Positions 52,887 to 63,237 of a stretch of 64,000 nucleotides of DNA are shown one piece after another. The position numbers and the translations under genes are program-made. The DNA is taken from the NCBI GenBank assembly GCA_963712745.1, contig CAVQJC010000004.1, positions 224,001 to 288,000 of the forward strand, given 5' to 3'. This stretch comes from an uncultured Chloroflexia bacterium. Lineage in GTDB: Bacteria; Chloroflexota; Limnocylindria; Limnocylindrales; CSP1-4. A model generated the notes under the pieces. It was given only the letters and a program-made list of their open reading frames with translations. It had not been told where the DNA came from and did no database searches. Within the stretch, counting starts at the first letter, position 1. Each line of letters begins with the position of its first letter.

Positions 52887-53330
52887 ATGGCCCAGGTCCG
52901 ACGAGCTGAAGCGAACTGGAGCGGCGATCTGCTCAGCGGCGGCGGTGCCGTGAGCGCGGCCACCAGCGGTATCTTCGACAACCAGGCCATCACCTGGCGC
53001 GCACGCACGGAGGCCTCCGAGGGCAAGACCAGCCCCGAAGAGTTGCTGGCCGCAGCGCACGCCGCCTGCTACTCGATGGCGGTCAGCAACGAGCTGGCCA
53101 AGGCCGGCTTCCCGCCCGCCCGTGTCGACGTCACGGTCGTGGTCAGCGCCGACAAGACCGACGCGGGCTGGACGGTGCTCACGAGCGCGATCAGCCTGCG
53201 CGCCACGGTCCCCGGCGTCGATGAGGCCACGTTCAATCAGCAGGCCGAGGCAGCCAAGGGCGGCTGCCCCATCTCGCGCGCCATCAGCGGCTCGGTCGAG
53301 ATCACGCTGGACGCAGTCCTGGAGGGCTAA
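52887..53330 (+). CDS. osmC: OsmC family peroxiredoxin
   Basis: TSPEELLAAAHAACYSMA, AKGGCPISRA; AAGGAG RBS. Confidence 0.93.
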   Translation: MAQVRRAEANWSGDLLSGGGAVSAATSGIFDNQAITWRARTEASEGKTSPEELLAAAHAACYSMAVSNELAKAGFPPARVDVTVVVSADKTDAGWTVLTSAISLRATVPGVDEATFNQQAEAAKGGCPISRAISGSVEITLDAVLEG

Positions 53331-53497
53331 GGCACAGGCGCCGACACCCGGGCTAGGGAGTCTTCACATTCCGGCAACCCCGCATTCACCAGCCGTCAGG
53401 TACAACTGCAACCAAGCCGCCACGAGTCCCTCGTGCGCCGGCCCAACAGAGCCGCGCCGCTCCTCGGTGCGGGTGTTGGACTTGACGAAAGGTTGGC

Positions 53498-54775
53498 ATG
53501 GAGACTCCCTTGCGCATCCCTATGAACCACCGACCGCGCGTGCTCGTCGCGCTCGCGGGCGCCATCAGTATCAGCAGCGTCGCACTCATCGGCCCCTCCG
53601 CAGCCTTCGCGGCGCAGGGCGACAACGACATCGTCATCGATGTCATCGAGCGGGTGACGCCCGCCGTGGTGACCATCCAGTCACCCCCTGGCTCATTCGC
53701 CATCGTTTCCGACGAGCGCCAGCTACCCCAGGACTTCGAGTTGCCCGAGGATCTGGGTCTGCCGCCGGACTTCGAACTGCCGGAAGGTGCCCAGATGCCG
53801 CGCGACCTGCAGGAGCTCATGGACCTGTTGCCGGACGGATTCCAGTTGCCCGAAGGGTTCGAGATGCCCGAGGGCCTCGATATCCCCTTCGGCGGGCCCC
53901 AGGGCTTCGGCTTCGGCGGCAGCGGCTCCGGCGTGGTCATCTCCCAGGACGGGCTCATCATCACCAACGGCCACGTGGTCGGTGATGCGGAGACCGTCAA
54001 CGTCATCCTCGATGACGGCTCGGTCCTGGAGGGCACGGTCACGGGCGTGGACACGCTCACCGACTTCGCCTTCGTCGACGTCGAGGCCAGCGACCTGCCC
54101 GCGGTGACGCTCGGCGACTCCAGCGGTGTCAAGGTCGGCCAGCTGGCCATCAGCATCGGCAACCCCCTGGGCCGCTTCCCCAGCAGCGCGGCGGTCGGCA
54201 TCATCAGCGGCCTCGACCGCAGCATCGACGTCTTCGGTAGCAGCCAGAGCGGCAACCGCCTCAACCATCTGATGCAGACCGACGCCGCCATCAACTCGGG
54301 CAACTCCGGAGGGGCGCTCTTCAACGGTGACGGCGAGCTCATCGGCATCACCACCGCCGAGGCCGGCATCAATGACGGCATCGGCTTCGCACTACCCATC
54401 GACCTGGCCAAGCCGATCATCGATCAGGCCCGTGCCGGGGAGGCTATCTCCCGTCCCTACGTCGGCGTCATCTACAGCGAGATCGACGCTCGAGTGGCCG
54501 AGGAGGAGTCGCTGCCGGTGACGTCCGGTGCCTGGATCGGCGGTGCATCGGAGGGTCAGGATCCGATCGTCGAGGGCAGTCCGGCGGATGAGGCCGGCCT
54601 CCAGCCCGGCGACATCATCACGGCCGTAGAGGGCCTCGCGGTCGATCGCAGCAACCCGCTCGACCTGCAGGTCCTGCGTTTCGCGCCGGGGGACGAGATC
54701 ACGCTCGACGTCCTGCGTGATGGCGAGGCCCTGGAACTGCAGGCAACCCTCGGCGAGCGCCCGGCCGACCTCTAG
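53498..54775 (+). CDS. HtrA/DegP-like serine protease with PDZ domain
   Basis: TPAVVTI, GSGVVI, TNGHVV, QTDAAINSGNSGG, GSPADEAGLQPGDII. Confidence 0.95.
   Translation: METPLRIPMNHRPRVLVALAGAISISSVALIGPSAAFAAQGDNDIVIDVIERVTPAVVTIQSPPGSFAIVSDERQLPQDFELPEDLGLPPDFELPEGAQMPRDLQELMDLLPDGFQLPEGFEMPEGLDIPFGGPQGFGFGGSGSGVVISQDGLIITNGHVVGDAETVNVILDDGSVLEGTVTGVDTLTDFAFVDVEASDLPAVTLGDSSGVKVGQLAISIGNPLGRFPSSAAVGIISGLDRSIDVFGSSQSGNRLNHLMQTDAAINSGNSGGALFNGDGELIGITTAEAGINDGIGFALPIDLAKPIIDQARAGEAISRPYVGVIYSEIDARVAEEESLPVTSGAWIGGASEGQDPIVEGSPADEAGLQPGDIITAVEGLAVDRSNPLDLQVLRFAPGDEITLDVLRDGEALELQATLGERPADL
53723..53890 (+). repeat. In-frame degenerate 18-bp (hexapeptide LPxDFx/LPEGxx) tandem repeat inside the HtrA gene
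   Basis: LPQDFE LPEDLG LPPDFE LPEGAQ MPRDLQ ... LPDGFQ LPEGFE MPEGLD. Confidence 0.75.
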
Positions 54776-54791
54776 CACCGCTCGCACCCAC

Positions 54792-54826
54792 AGCGGCCCT
54801 GTCAGTCGTCGACAGGGCCGCTTCTT
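54792..54826 (+). terminator. Intrinsic terminator after htrA-like gene
   Basis: agcggccctgtc-agtcgtc-gacagggccgct followed by tctt. Confidence 0.7.
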
Positions 54827-54893
54827 CATGCTCCGGGCCCTGCTAGCATGGCCCGATCCCGCCCACCGTCAGCAGAGGAGGCCAGCCGAGTCG

Positions 54894-55283
54894 ATGCCCC
54901 CCACCGAGCACCTCCAGCGCGTCCCGCAGGTGGCCCTCGGCCGCCTGCTGCACCAGGGGCTGTTCACGACCGGTCTTTTCCTCGAGGTCTCCGAGACACC
55001 GACCCGGCGCCTGTACCTGGCCGACCAGATCGGCGTAAGCATCAACGAGATCAACGACTGGCGCGACGAGGCGCTCCTGCTGAACCTCGCCAACTTCGGC
55101 CCGCAGGAACAGCGCATCCTTACCCAGGCTGGCATCGTGGGGCTCGAGGACGTGCTCGAGTGTGATGCCGACTCATTCCACGATCGTGTGGTCGAGGCGG
55201 CCTACGCGCTCAGCGTCGATGCCCCCGAGGACCTGGCCATCCAGGGCTGGTACGACCAGGCACACGTCCTCGCAGAGGGCTAG
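54894..55283 (+). CDS. DUF4332-like (helix-hairpin-helix repeat) protein
   Basis: RRLYLADQIGVS...W...LLNLANFGPQEQRILTQAGI...W...A pattern; GAGGAGG upstream. Confidence 0.7.
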   Translation: MPPTEHLQRVPQVALGRLLHQGLFTTGLFLEVSETPTRRLYLADQIGVSINEINDWRDEALLLNLANFGPQEQRILTQAGIVGLEDVLECDADSFHDRVVEAAYALSVDAPEDLAIQGWYDQAHVLAEG

Positions 55284-55974
55284 TCCGGCGATCCCTGCAC
55301 TGGGTCTACCCGCCCGCATCGGTCTCTTCGTCGCCACCATCCTGGCCATCGTGGCGCTTGCGCTGCTTCCCCTGCTGACACCCTGGTTCATCCATGCCGC
55401 CCTCGATGCGGCAGGCTCGGCCGACCGGCTCGGCCTGACCCCCGACCAGGTCCACAGCATCTCCGACCGCTCTGTCGCGGAGCTGGTGCTGGGTCCGGGC
55501 AGCTTCGAGATCGAGGGCCCGGACGGCCAGCCCTTCTACGACGCCGATGAGCGCGCCCATCTCGGCGATGCCCGCCTGCTGCTGGGCGTCGCCCTCCTCC
55601 TTGGCGGCATCGCCATCGTCGGCATCGGGGCTGCTCTCGGACGCTGGCGCGACCGGCGTCGGGCAGTCTGGACCGTCATCCGCCGAGCCGGCCTGACCAC
55701 CGCCATCGCCGTGGTCCTGCTCGGCTTCATCTCCCTGGTGGCGTTCGACTCGCTCTTCACGCTCTTCCACCAGGTCGTCTTTCCGGGCGGCAACTGGTCC
55801 TTCGACCCGTCGACGCAACGGCTGGTCCAGCTCTATCCATTCCGCTTCTGGCAGATCGCCGCGGCCGCGTTGGGTGTGCTGGTGTTCCTCCTCGGCCTTG
55901 CGACGTGGGCCCTGGGTCGCTGGCTGAGCCGAGCCGGGCTGGCCGGTTCGACACCGTACGGCGATGAGGGCTAG
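55219..55974 (+). CDS. DUF1461/TIGR01906-like integral membrane protein (start uncertain)
   Basis: ERAHLGDAR, FDSLFTLFHQVVFPGGNWSFDP...LVQLYP. Confidence 0.8.
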   Translation: MPPRTWPSRAGTTRHTSSQRASPAIPALGLPARIGLFVATILAIVALALLPLLTPWFIHAALDAAGSADRLGLTPDQVHSISDRSVAELVLGPGSFEIEGPDGQPFYDADERAHLGDARLLLGVALLLGGIAIVGIGAALGRWRDRRRAVWTVIRRAGLTTAIAVVLLGFISLVAFDSLFTLFHQVVFPGGNWSFDPSTQRLVQLYPFRFWQIAAAALGVLVFLLGLATWALGRWLSRAGLAGSTPYGDEG

Positions 55975-55983
55975 TCTCGGGTC

Positions 55984-57261
55984 ATGGCCGGGACCGATCT
56001 GCTGACACTGGAGCAGGCTCGCGCGCGCATGCTCGAGGACGTGCTGCCGCTGCGGGCCGGGTCGTTGCCGCTGGCCGAGGCACTCGGACGCGTGCTGGCA
56101 GAGGAGTCGGTGGCCTTGCTGACACTGCCACCCTGGGACAACTCCGCCATGGACGGGTTCGCCGTCCGCAGCCACGACGTCGCAGCTGCGAGCGCCGACG
56201 ACCCGGTCACGCTCCGGGTGGTGGGCGAGGTCGCAGCCGGGCACGAGCCCGAGGCCTCCGTCGAGCCCGGCACGGCCATGCGCGTGTTGACCGGCGGGAT
56301 GCTGCCGCCCGGAGCCGATGCCGTGGTCAAGGTCGAGGACACCGACGCTCCCCCGGGTGTTGCCGAGCTGCCGGCCACGATCGCGGTCCGGTCTGCCGTG
56401 GCCCGGGGCAAGGACATCCGGCTGGCCGGCAGCGACATGCGCCAGGGCGACCGCCTGCTCGCCCCCGGGACCCGCATCAACCCGCGCACCATCTCCGTGC
56501 TGGCGGCGGCCGGACACGCTCGAGTCAACGTCCATCGCCTCCCGCGAGTGGGCATCCTCTCGACCGGTGACGAGCTGACAGCGATCGGCGAGCCGCTTGG
56601 GCCGGCCTCGATCGCCGACAGCAACAGCGAGTCGCTCGCCGCGCAGGTCACGGCCGCCGGTGCCGAACCGGTGCGACTCGGCATCGCCGCCGACGATCGC
56701 GAGACCATCCGCGAGCGGGTCCTCCAAGGCATCCTGGCGACCGACGTGCTCGTGGTCAGCGGCGGCGTTTCCGTGGGCGCCCACGACCACGTCAAGGAGG
56801 TCTTCGAAGAGGTCGGCACGCTCGATCTCTGGCGCGTGGCCATCCAGCCGGGCAAGCCGCTGGCCTACGGCAGCGCCCCCCGACCAGACGGTGGCTACTG
56901 CCTGCTCTTCGGCCTGCCGGGCAATCCGGTGAGCAGTTTCGTGACCTTCGAGCTGTTCGTCCGCCCGGTGCTGCGGCGTCTGCGTGGCGAGTCCGGAGAC
57001 CAGGGTCGCCTGACGGTCCGGGCACGACTGGCCGAGGCAGTCTCGAAGTCGGCACAACGCCGTGCCTTCATCCGCGTGCGCCTGGAGCCCGATCCCGACC
57101 GTGCCGGGGGCCTGCTCGCCAGGCCGTCCGGCGCGCAGGGCTCCCACGTGCTCTCGGCACTGGCCCAGGCCGACGGACTGGCCGTCATCCCCGAGGGCCC
57201 GCCGAGCGTGTCCGCCGATACCGAAGTGGAGGTCATCCGACTTGACGTCGAAGTCGCGTGA
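55984..57261 (+). CDS. moeA: Molybdopterin molybdenumtransferase
   Basis: PPWDNSAMDGFAV, LTGGMLPPGADAVV, STGDEL, SGGVSVG, QPGKP, LPGNPVS. Confidence 0.96.
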   Translation: MAGTDLLTLEQARARMLEDVLPLRAGSLPLAEALGRVLAEESVALLTLPPWDNSAMDGFAVRSHDVAAASADDPVTLRVVGEVAAGHEPEASVEPGTAMRVLTGGMLPPGADAVVKVEDTDAPPGVAELPATIAVRSAVARGKDIRLAGSDMRQGDRLLAPGTRINPRTISVLAAAGHARVNVHRLPRVGILSTGDELTAIGEPLGPASIADSNSESLAAQVTAAGAEPVRLGIAADDRETIRERVLQGILATDVLVVSGGVSVGAHDHVKEVFEEVGTLDLWRVAIQPGKPLAYGSAPRPDGGYCLLFGLPGNPVSSFVTFELFVRPVLRRLRGESGDQGRLTVRARLAEAVSKSAQRRAFIRVRLEPDPDRAGGLLARPSGAQGSHVLSALAQADGLAVIPEGPPSVSADTEVEVIRLDVEVA

Positions 57262-57264
57262 GTC

Positions 57265-57856
57265 GTGGCCGGGAGGCCAGAAGAACCAAGCGCCGGCCAG
57301 TCGCAAGGAGCGCCGCCGTCTGAGCCACGTCGACCGCGTGGGCAGACCACGCATGGTCGACGTGAGCGACAAGCCGGTGAGCCCGCGGCGCGCGGTCGCC
57401 GAAGCCACGGTCAAGATGGACCAGGACACGCTCACGCTCATCATCGACGGATCGGGGTCCAAGGGCGACGTGCTCAGCGTGGCCGAGCTGGCCGGGATCA
57501 TGGCCGCCAAGCGCACGGCCGAGCTCATCCCGCTGTGTCATCCGCTCCCCCTCACCGATCTGAGCGTGGAGATCACGCCCGACCGCAAGGCAGGGACGTT
57601 GACCATCACCACCGCGGCCGCGACGACGGCGCAGACCGGGGTCGAGATGGAGGCCATGACCGCAGCCGCGGTGGCCGCACTCACCGTCTACGACATGGTC
57701 AAGAGCGCCGACCGTTTCGTGACCATCACCGCGGTCCGGTTGCTCGAGAAGAGCGGCGGCGAGAGCGGCCACTGGAAGCGACCCGCGCCCAAGGAGACCG
57801 CTGCCGGAGCGGAAGCCCAGCCGGCCAAGCGGGCCCGCAGCCCGCGGAAGGGATAG
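57265..57856 (+). CDS. moaC: Cyclic pyranopterin monophosphate synthase (start GTG 57265 needs a +1 indel; first in-frame ATG 57353)
   Basis: LSHVD...MVDVSDK, KGDVL, LIPLCHP, TGVEMEA, YDMVKSAD, KSGG. Confidence 0.93.
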
Positions 57857-57865
57857 GGCAGCGCC

Positions 57866-58366
57866 ATGCCGCACGAATCGAGCGTCGAGGGCCTGGGCGC
57901 GCTGGTGCTGACCGTCAGCGACGGAGTCAGTGCCGGCGCCCGCGAGGACCGCAGCGGAGCGGTGGTAGCGGAGCGCCTGAGCGCGCTGGGCTTCGCGGTC
58001 CGGCGCGCGGTGGTGGCAGACGAGCCGGACCAGATCGCACGCATCGTGGCCGAGGCCGCGGACGGCGGGACCAGACTCGTGGTCACCTCCGGCGGCACCG
58101 GGCTCGGGCCGCGTGATCGCACGCCCGAAGGCGTTGGCACGATCGTCGACTACGTCGTGCCCGGCTTCGGCGAGGCCATGCGCGCGGAGGGCCGCACGCA
58201 CACGCCACTCGCCTCGCTCTCGCGCTCGTTCGGGGCCGTCCGCGGGCAGACCCTCATCATCTGCGTGCCGGGCAGCCCGAAAGGTGCCCTCGAGTCACTT
58301 GACGCGGTCGACATGATCCTGGGCCACACGCTTGAGACGCTGGGCGGCCGGACGGCTCACTCCTAG
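57866..58366 (+). CDS. MogA/MoaB molybdopterin adenylyltransferase family
   Basis: LTVSD...REDRSG, TSGGTGLGPRDRTPE, PGFGEAMR, PGSPKG. Confidence 0.92.
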   Translation: MPHESSVEGLGALVLTVSDGVSAGAREDRSGAVVAERLSALGFAVRRAVVADEPDQIARIVAEAADGGTRLVVTSGGTGLGPRDRTPEGVGTIVDYVVPGFGEAMRAEGRTHTPLASLSRSFGAVRGQTLIICVPGSPKGALESLDAVDMILGHTLETLGGRTAHS

Positions 58367-58407
58367 AGGCAGGGCCCGCCCGTCGGCGTGGTGTAACCTC
58401 ACGAGCG

Positions 58408-58971
58408 ATGCGCTGTCCACACTGCGGGACGCTGGACGGCCGGGTCATCGACTCCCGGGATCTCGACGATTCGACCACCGTCCGCCGGCGCCGCGAATGC
58501 TCTTCCTGCCGTTCGCGCTACACGACCTATGAGCGCGTCGAATCGGCGCGCCTCATCGTGGTCAAGAACAACGGCAGCCGCGAGGAGTTCGACCGCGACA
58601 AACTCGCCGAGGGCCTCGGCAAGTCGCTCGTGCGCCGGCCGGTGGGGGAGGGTGCCGCCGATGAAGCCGCCGATGACATCGAAGCCACCCTCCGCGCCGG
58701 CGGTGTCAACGAAGTCACCTCCAGGGAGATCGGCGAGATGGCCATGGAACGGCTGCGAGCGCTCGACCACATCGCCTTCATCCGCTTCATGAGCGTGTAC
58801 CAGTCGTTCGACGACATCGAGCAACTCAAGCAGGAGGTCGACGCGCTCTACGACGAGCGCAGTGACCGCGTGCCGGGCCAGACGACGCTGAGGCTGGTAG
58901 CGGAAGATGGGGCCATCACACCCATCGGCCCGCGCGGGACTCCCAGGCGGCGACCGACCAAGCGCAAGTAG
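58408..58971 (+). CDS. nrdR: Transcriptional repressor NrdR
   Basis: MRCPHC...RRRRECSSC...YTTYE zinc ribbon; ATP cone ending AFIRFMSVY. Confidence 0.97.
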   Translation: MRCPHCGTLDGRVIDSRDLDDSTTVRRRRECSSCRSRYTTYERVESARLIVVKNNGSREEFDRDKLAEGLGKSLVRRPVGEGAADEAADDIEATLRAGGVNEVTSREIGEMAMERLRALDHIAFIRFMSVYQSFDDIEQLKQEVDALYDERSDRVPGQTTLRLVAEDGAITPIGPRGTPRRRPTKRK

Positions 58972-58978
58972 GGAGCCC

Positions 58979-60622
58979 ATGAGCGTCCTCGCCGACCGCG
59001 ACATCCGTACCGCCCTGCAGGAGGGGCGGATTCGTATCGACCCCTTCGACGAGGATTGCCTCCAGCCGTCCTCGGTCGACCTCCACCTCGACCGGGAGTT
59101 CCGCGTCTTCCACAACTATCGCTACGACCGTATCGACCCGCGCACCGAGCAGCCCGACCTGACCGAAGCCACCGCCATCGACGGCGACGAGCCCTTCATC
59201 CTCCACCCGGGCGAGTTCGTGCTCGGCCAGACGCTCGAATGGGTGGAGCTGCCCGACGACCTCGTCTCCCGACTGGAAGGGAAGGCGCTGGCGCTCGACA
59301 CACCGGTCCCCACCCCGACCGGATGGCGGACGATGGGCGACCTGATGCCGGGCGACTACGTCTTCGATGAGCGGGGGGCACCGACGCCGGTCGTCGCGGC
59401 CACCGCGCCCATGTTGGATCGACCGTGCCGCGAAGTGACATTCTCGGATGGAGGACGAGTCGTGGCCGATGCGGCGCATCGATGGGTGACCGTCGACAGG
59501 AACAGCCACCTGAGGGCCCGGAGTATCTCGCGGATCCGCACCACCGATGAGATCGCCCGCACGATCCGGGTGCGGGGAGAGATGAACCACCACGTCGCGC
59601 TCGCCGGACCGGTCCAGTACCCGCATCGGCTGGACCTTCCCATCGACCCGTACACGCTCGGTGCGTGGCTGGGAGATGGCGCAACGACCGCTGCTGAGAT
59701 CACCTGCTCTGACGAGCAGATCCTCGAGCGGATCAGCGGTGACGGCTACGAGGTCAGGCGACTCTCGTACGCCCCCGGACTGCACCGGATCGGCGGTATC
59801 GGCCAGACGCGAGATCCCCGGACCGGGCGCAATGTGCGCAACGGAGCGCTCGCGAGCAGCCTGCGCGGCCTCGGTCTGCTGGAGGGCAAGTTCGTGCCCC
59901 GCCCGTACCTGGAGGCAGGCATCGAGCAGCGGCAGGCGCTGCTCGGCGGTCTCATGGACACAGACGGGTTCGTGGAAGACCGCGCCGGTCGGTGCGAATT
60001 CACGAGTACCCGGGAGGGGCTGGCCGACGACGTCGTAGAACTGGCGGCAAGCCTCGGCTTCCGGCCGGTCAAGTCCGTCGGTCGGGCGATGCTCGATGGC
60101 ATCGACCATGGGCCGACGTATCGGGTCAGGTTCACCCCCGACCGGCCGGTGTTCGGGCTATCCCGAGAACTGCGACGTCAGCAGCCGGCGGATGCCCGTT
60201 TCCACCGCTTCCGCGCAGTCGACGTTGTCCGAGAGATACCGTCGGTCCCGGTCCGCTGCATCCAGGTGGGTTCGCCCAGCGGTCAGTTCCTCATCACCAA
60301 GTCGTTCATCCCGACACACAACAGCTCGCTGGGCCGCCTGGGCCTGCTCATCCACTCGACGGCCGGCTACGTGGACCCCGGATGGAAGGGCAACCTCACG
60401 CTCGAGCTCTCGAACGTGGCAAACCTGCCCATCGCCCTCTTCTTCGGCATGCGCATCGGCCAGATCTCGTTCTTCGAGATGTCCAGCCCGGTCGAGCGGC
60501 CCTATGGCAGCAAGGGCCTGGGTTCGCGCTACCAGGGCCAATCGACGCCCACCGCATCGGGCGCCTACCGCGACTTCGAGGCCAACCGGCGCATGACCAG
60601 GGGCGGACCCAGCAGCCCATGA
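58979..60622 (+). CDS. dcd: dCTP deaminase precursor containing an intein (mature protein ~201 aa)
   Basis: [25 protein letters not shown]|[38 protein letters not shown]. Confidence 0.95.
   Translation: MSVLADRDIRTALQEGRIRIDPFDEDCLQPSSVDLHLDREFRVFHNYRYDRIDPRTEQPDLTEATAIDGDEPFILHPGEFVLGQTLEWVELPDDLVSRLEGKALALDTPVPTPTGWRTMGDLMPGDYVFDERGAPTPVVAATAPMLDRPCREVTFSDGGRVVADAAHRWVTVDRNSHLRARSISRIRTTDEIARTIRVRGEMNHHVALAGPVQYPHRLDLPIDPYTLGAWLGDGATTAAEITCSDEQILERISGDGYEVRRLSYAPGLHRIGGIGQTRDPRTGRNVRNGALASSLRGLGLLEGKFVPRPYLEAGIEQRQALLGGLMDTDGFVEDRAGRCEFTSTREGLADDVVELAASLGFRPVKSVGRAMLDGIDHGPTYRVRFTPDRPVFGLSRELRRQQPADARFHRFRAVDVVREIPSVPVRCIQVGSPSGQFLITKSFIPTHNSSLGRLGLLIHSTAGYVDPGWKGNLTLELSNVANLPIALFFGMRIGQISFFEMSSPVERPYGSKGLGSRYQGQSTPTASGAYRDFEANRRMTRGGPSSP
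59285..60322 (+). mobile_element. Intein with LAGLIDADG homing endonuclease domain, Ala1/WCT (class 3-type), 346 aa
   Basis: Block [15 protein letters not shown]; block B ADAAHRW; LAGLIDADG blocks LGAWLGDG and LGGLMDTDG; block F VRCIQV; block G IPTHN followed by Ser+1. Confidence 0.95.
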
Positions 60623-61479
60623 CCATCGACGCCAGCGCCGAGTGGCGCGCCGATCTCGGTGGCGGCACCAGCATCACCCTCATACAGGCCGGCCTCTTCA
60701 CGACCGACGCCGGCACGATCCTGGGCCCGGTCCCACGCGAGATGTGGGAACACCTCGTCGACGATGAGCTCGACGAGCGGCACCGTATCCCTCAGGCCCT
60801 CAACTGCCTCGTGGTCGAGACGCCGTCTGGCCGTGTCCTCGTCGAGACCGGCATCGGCGAACGCATGGACGACCACCACATGGAGCAGCGCGGCGTGCGC
60901 GGCGAGCCCATCCTGCCTTCACTCCGGACGGCCGGCTTCGACCCTCGGTCGGTCGACTACGTGGCGCTCTCACACCTGCACTTCGACCACGCCGGCGGGC
61001 TGCTGACCGCGGCCGGGGAGTACGCCTTTCCCCGTGCGCGCATCGTGGCCCAGGCGGACGAGTGGGACTACGCCCTGGGCTCCAACCCGCGCCTGGTGGC
61101 CTCGTACGAGCAGGCCGAGCTTCGCCTCGCCGAAGCCTGGGCCCGGCCGGGTTCCGCAGACGGAGACGAGGAGCTCATGCCCGGCGTCGAGGTGCGCCGC
61201 ACCAGCGGCCACTCGGGCGGTCACCAGGCCATCATCGTGCGCGGCCGCGACGAGACCGTGGCCTTCATCGGCGACCTCTTCATGCGCCCGTGGTCGGCCA
61301 ACCCGCGCTGGATCACCTCGTTCGACGACTTCCCGCTGACGAGCGTGGAAGTCAAGGCCGCGCTCTTCGCGGAGGCTGCGGCCGAGGACTGGACCATCGT
61401 GCTCTCGCATGAGCCGCGCCGGCCGGTGGGCAAGCTGCGCCCGTACAAGGACAAGTACCGCTTCGAATCGCTCCTCTAG
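60619..61479 (+). CDS. MBL-fold metallo-hydrolase (YtnP-like)
   Basis: [23 protein letters not shown]-terminal H; ATGA overlap with dcd. Confidence 0.92.
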   Translation: MTIDASAEWRADLGGGTSITLIQAGLFTTDAGTILGPVPREMWEHLVDDELDERHRIPQALNCLVVETPSGRVLVETGIGERMDDHHMEQRGVRGEPILPSLRTAGFDPRSVDYVALSHLHFDHAGGLLTAAGEYAFPRARIVAQADEWDYALGSNPRLVASYEQAELRLAEAWARPGSADGDEELMPGVEVRRTSGHSGGHQAIIVRGRDETVAFIGDLFMRPWSANPRWITSFDDFPLTSVEVKAALFAEAAAEDWTIVLSHEPRRPVGKLRPYKDKYRFESLL

Positions 61480-61511
61480 CCGGCGCCGTCGAGCAGTGTC
61501 ATTCGCGCCAG

Positions 61512-61675
61512 ACGTCGCCAAGGGCGACCGTAGTCGCGCACGTAGCCACTGTGAACACTGGTGAGGGGCGACGGCGCATGCGGAGCGGGTCCATTCGATA
61601 GCCAGGCGTCGCCAGAGGCGACATGTGGCCTGGTCGCCTGCCCCGATGTGCGACTACCGTCGGCCGGGGCGACGT
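61512..61675. repeat. REP/MITE-like palindromic element with ~28-bp imperfect terminal inverted repeats
   Basis: acgtcgccaagggcgaccgtagtcgcgc vs reverse complement of right end acgtcgccccggccgacggtagtcgcac (23/28); internal gtcgcc-aga-ggcgac copy at 61608-61622. Confidence 0.65.
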
Positions 61676-61682
61676 ATGTCGA

Positions 61683-62384
61683 TCAGGGCGCGCTCGTCGG
61701 CTCGCTAGCGTCGCTGTCCGCGACGCCTGGCCACGAGGCCGAGTCGAGCAGGGGCTCGATGATGCCGGCGGCCGTCTCGCGATCCACGGGACCGTAGCGC
61801 AAGTGGTGGATGGCACCGTCGGCGTCGATGAAGACATGCGTCGGCAACCCGAAGCCCCGATACGTCTCGAAGACCGCGCCCGTGGCGTCGAAACCGATGA
61901 TGTAGGGGAGTGAGTATTGCTCGGCGTAGGCCGCGACGTCCTCGGCGGTCGTCTCCTGCACGCTCACCGCGATCATCTCGAGGCCGTCCTCGTGGTAGAC
62001 CGCGTAGGTGTCACGCAGGACGGGTGTTTCCTCCTGGCACGGCGGGCACCAGGTGGCGAAGAAGCTGAGCCATACGGGACTGCCGCGCAGGGCGGCGAGG
62101 CTGATGGGAGCGCCGTCCAGGCCGAGCAAGGGCTCGGTCCGGCCCTCGACCTCGGCTTCCAGCTCCGGCGCCAGCTGGCCGAGCTCCAGGCCGGTCGTCC
62201 GCTCGCCGGTCTGGTAGAAACCCGATCCGGGGGACGCGATCTGCGCCTCGGGCGCGCTGACGGGCGTGGCCAGCAATGCCAGCAGGCCGGCTGCCACGAC
62301 GAGCACGACCACGAGGATGACAAGGTGGCCGAGCGTGAACGGACCGATGACCTGTCGTTGCCATCGTGAGGCGGGGGTCGACAT
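61683..62384 (-). CDS. TlpA/ResA-like membrane-anchored thiol-disulfide oxidoreductase
   Basis: N-terminal TM; [12 protein letters not shown]; GLPTHVFID. Confidence 0.92.
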   Translation of the reverse strand: MSTPASRWQRQVIGPFTLGHLVILVVVLVVAAGLLALLATPVSAPEAQIASPGSGFYQTGERTTGLELGQLAPELEAEVEGRTEPLLGLDGAPISLAALRGSPVWLSFFATWCPPCQEETPVLRDTYAVYHEDGLEMIAVSVQETTAEDVAAYAEQYSLPYIIGFDATGAVFETYRGFGLPTHVFIDADGAIHHLRYGPVDRETAAGIIEPLLDSASWPGVADSDASEPTSAP

Positions 62385-62411
62385 GCCCGGCCATTGTGGC
62401 CCGGGTCGGCG

Positions 62412-63221
62412 TCAGACGCTGGGGATGAGCCAGGCCAGCTCGCGTGCCACCAGGCCCAGCCAGTCGAAGATGAGCGCGAAACCGAGGAAGACCACCAGCG
62501 CGCCACCGACGATCTCGATGAGGCGGCTGTAGCGCAGCAACGGCCTGGTGATGAGCGGGGCGCGGTCCACCGCCAGGGCCATCAGGATGAAGGGGATGCC
62601 GAGGCCGATGGAGTAGGCCACCAGCAGACCCACGACCTGCGGGCTGGTGCCGACCGCGGCCATGGTGAGGATGGCGCCCAGCGTGGGCCCGATGCACGGC
62701 GTCCAGCCGATGGCGAAGACGGCGCCGAGCGCGAAGCCACCGATGACCCCGCCACGCCTGGCGCCGGGTCGCTCACCACCGAAGCGCTCCAGAGGCTTCC
62801 ACGAGCGTGCCAGGGTGCGGAAGCGGAGCACACCCATGAGGTTGAGGCCCAGGATGATCAGGATGACACCGCCGATCTGGCGAAGCAGCGGCAGGTTCTC
62901 GCGCAACGGGCCGGCGGCAGCGTAGACGGCCACGCCGAAGACCGTGAAGACCACCGAGAAGCCCAGCACGAACGCGAAGGCGTTGGGCATAGCCCGCCAG
63001 CCGGTGCGGGCCGGCCGAGCCGGGGTCGGGGCGGGTGTGTCGCTACCGCTGCTCAGCGCCGTGGCGCCAGCAGTGGCCAGGGCGGGGGAGGCCATGCCGA
63101 TCGGATTCGACACCGCGAGGATGCCCAGCTGACCCAGGTACGCCGGCACCACCGGCAGCACGCACGGCGAGAGGAAGCTGATGATCCCCGCCAGCAGCGC
63201 CGCTCCGAGCGTCAGGTCCAC
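62412..63221 (-). CDS. ccdA: Cytochrome c biogenesis protein CcdA/DsbD TM domain
   Basis: SFLSPCVLPVVPAY, GWTPCIGPTLG, YSIGLGIPF. Confidence 0.93.
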   Translation of the reverse strand: MDLTLGAALLAGIISFLSPCVLPVVPAYLGQLGILAVSNPIGMASPALATAGATALSSGSDTPAPTPARPARTGWRAMPNAFAFVLGFSVVFTVFGVAVYAAAGPLRENLPLLRQIGGVILIILGLNLMGVLRFRTLARSWKPLERFGGERPGARRGGVIGGFALGAVFAIGWTPCIGPTLGAILTMAAVGTSPQVVGLLVAYSIGLGIPFILMALAVDRAPLITRPLLRYSRLIEIVGGALVVFLGFALIFDWLGLVARELAWLIPSV

Positions 63222-63237
63222 GAGCGCTCCGCGGGCC

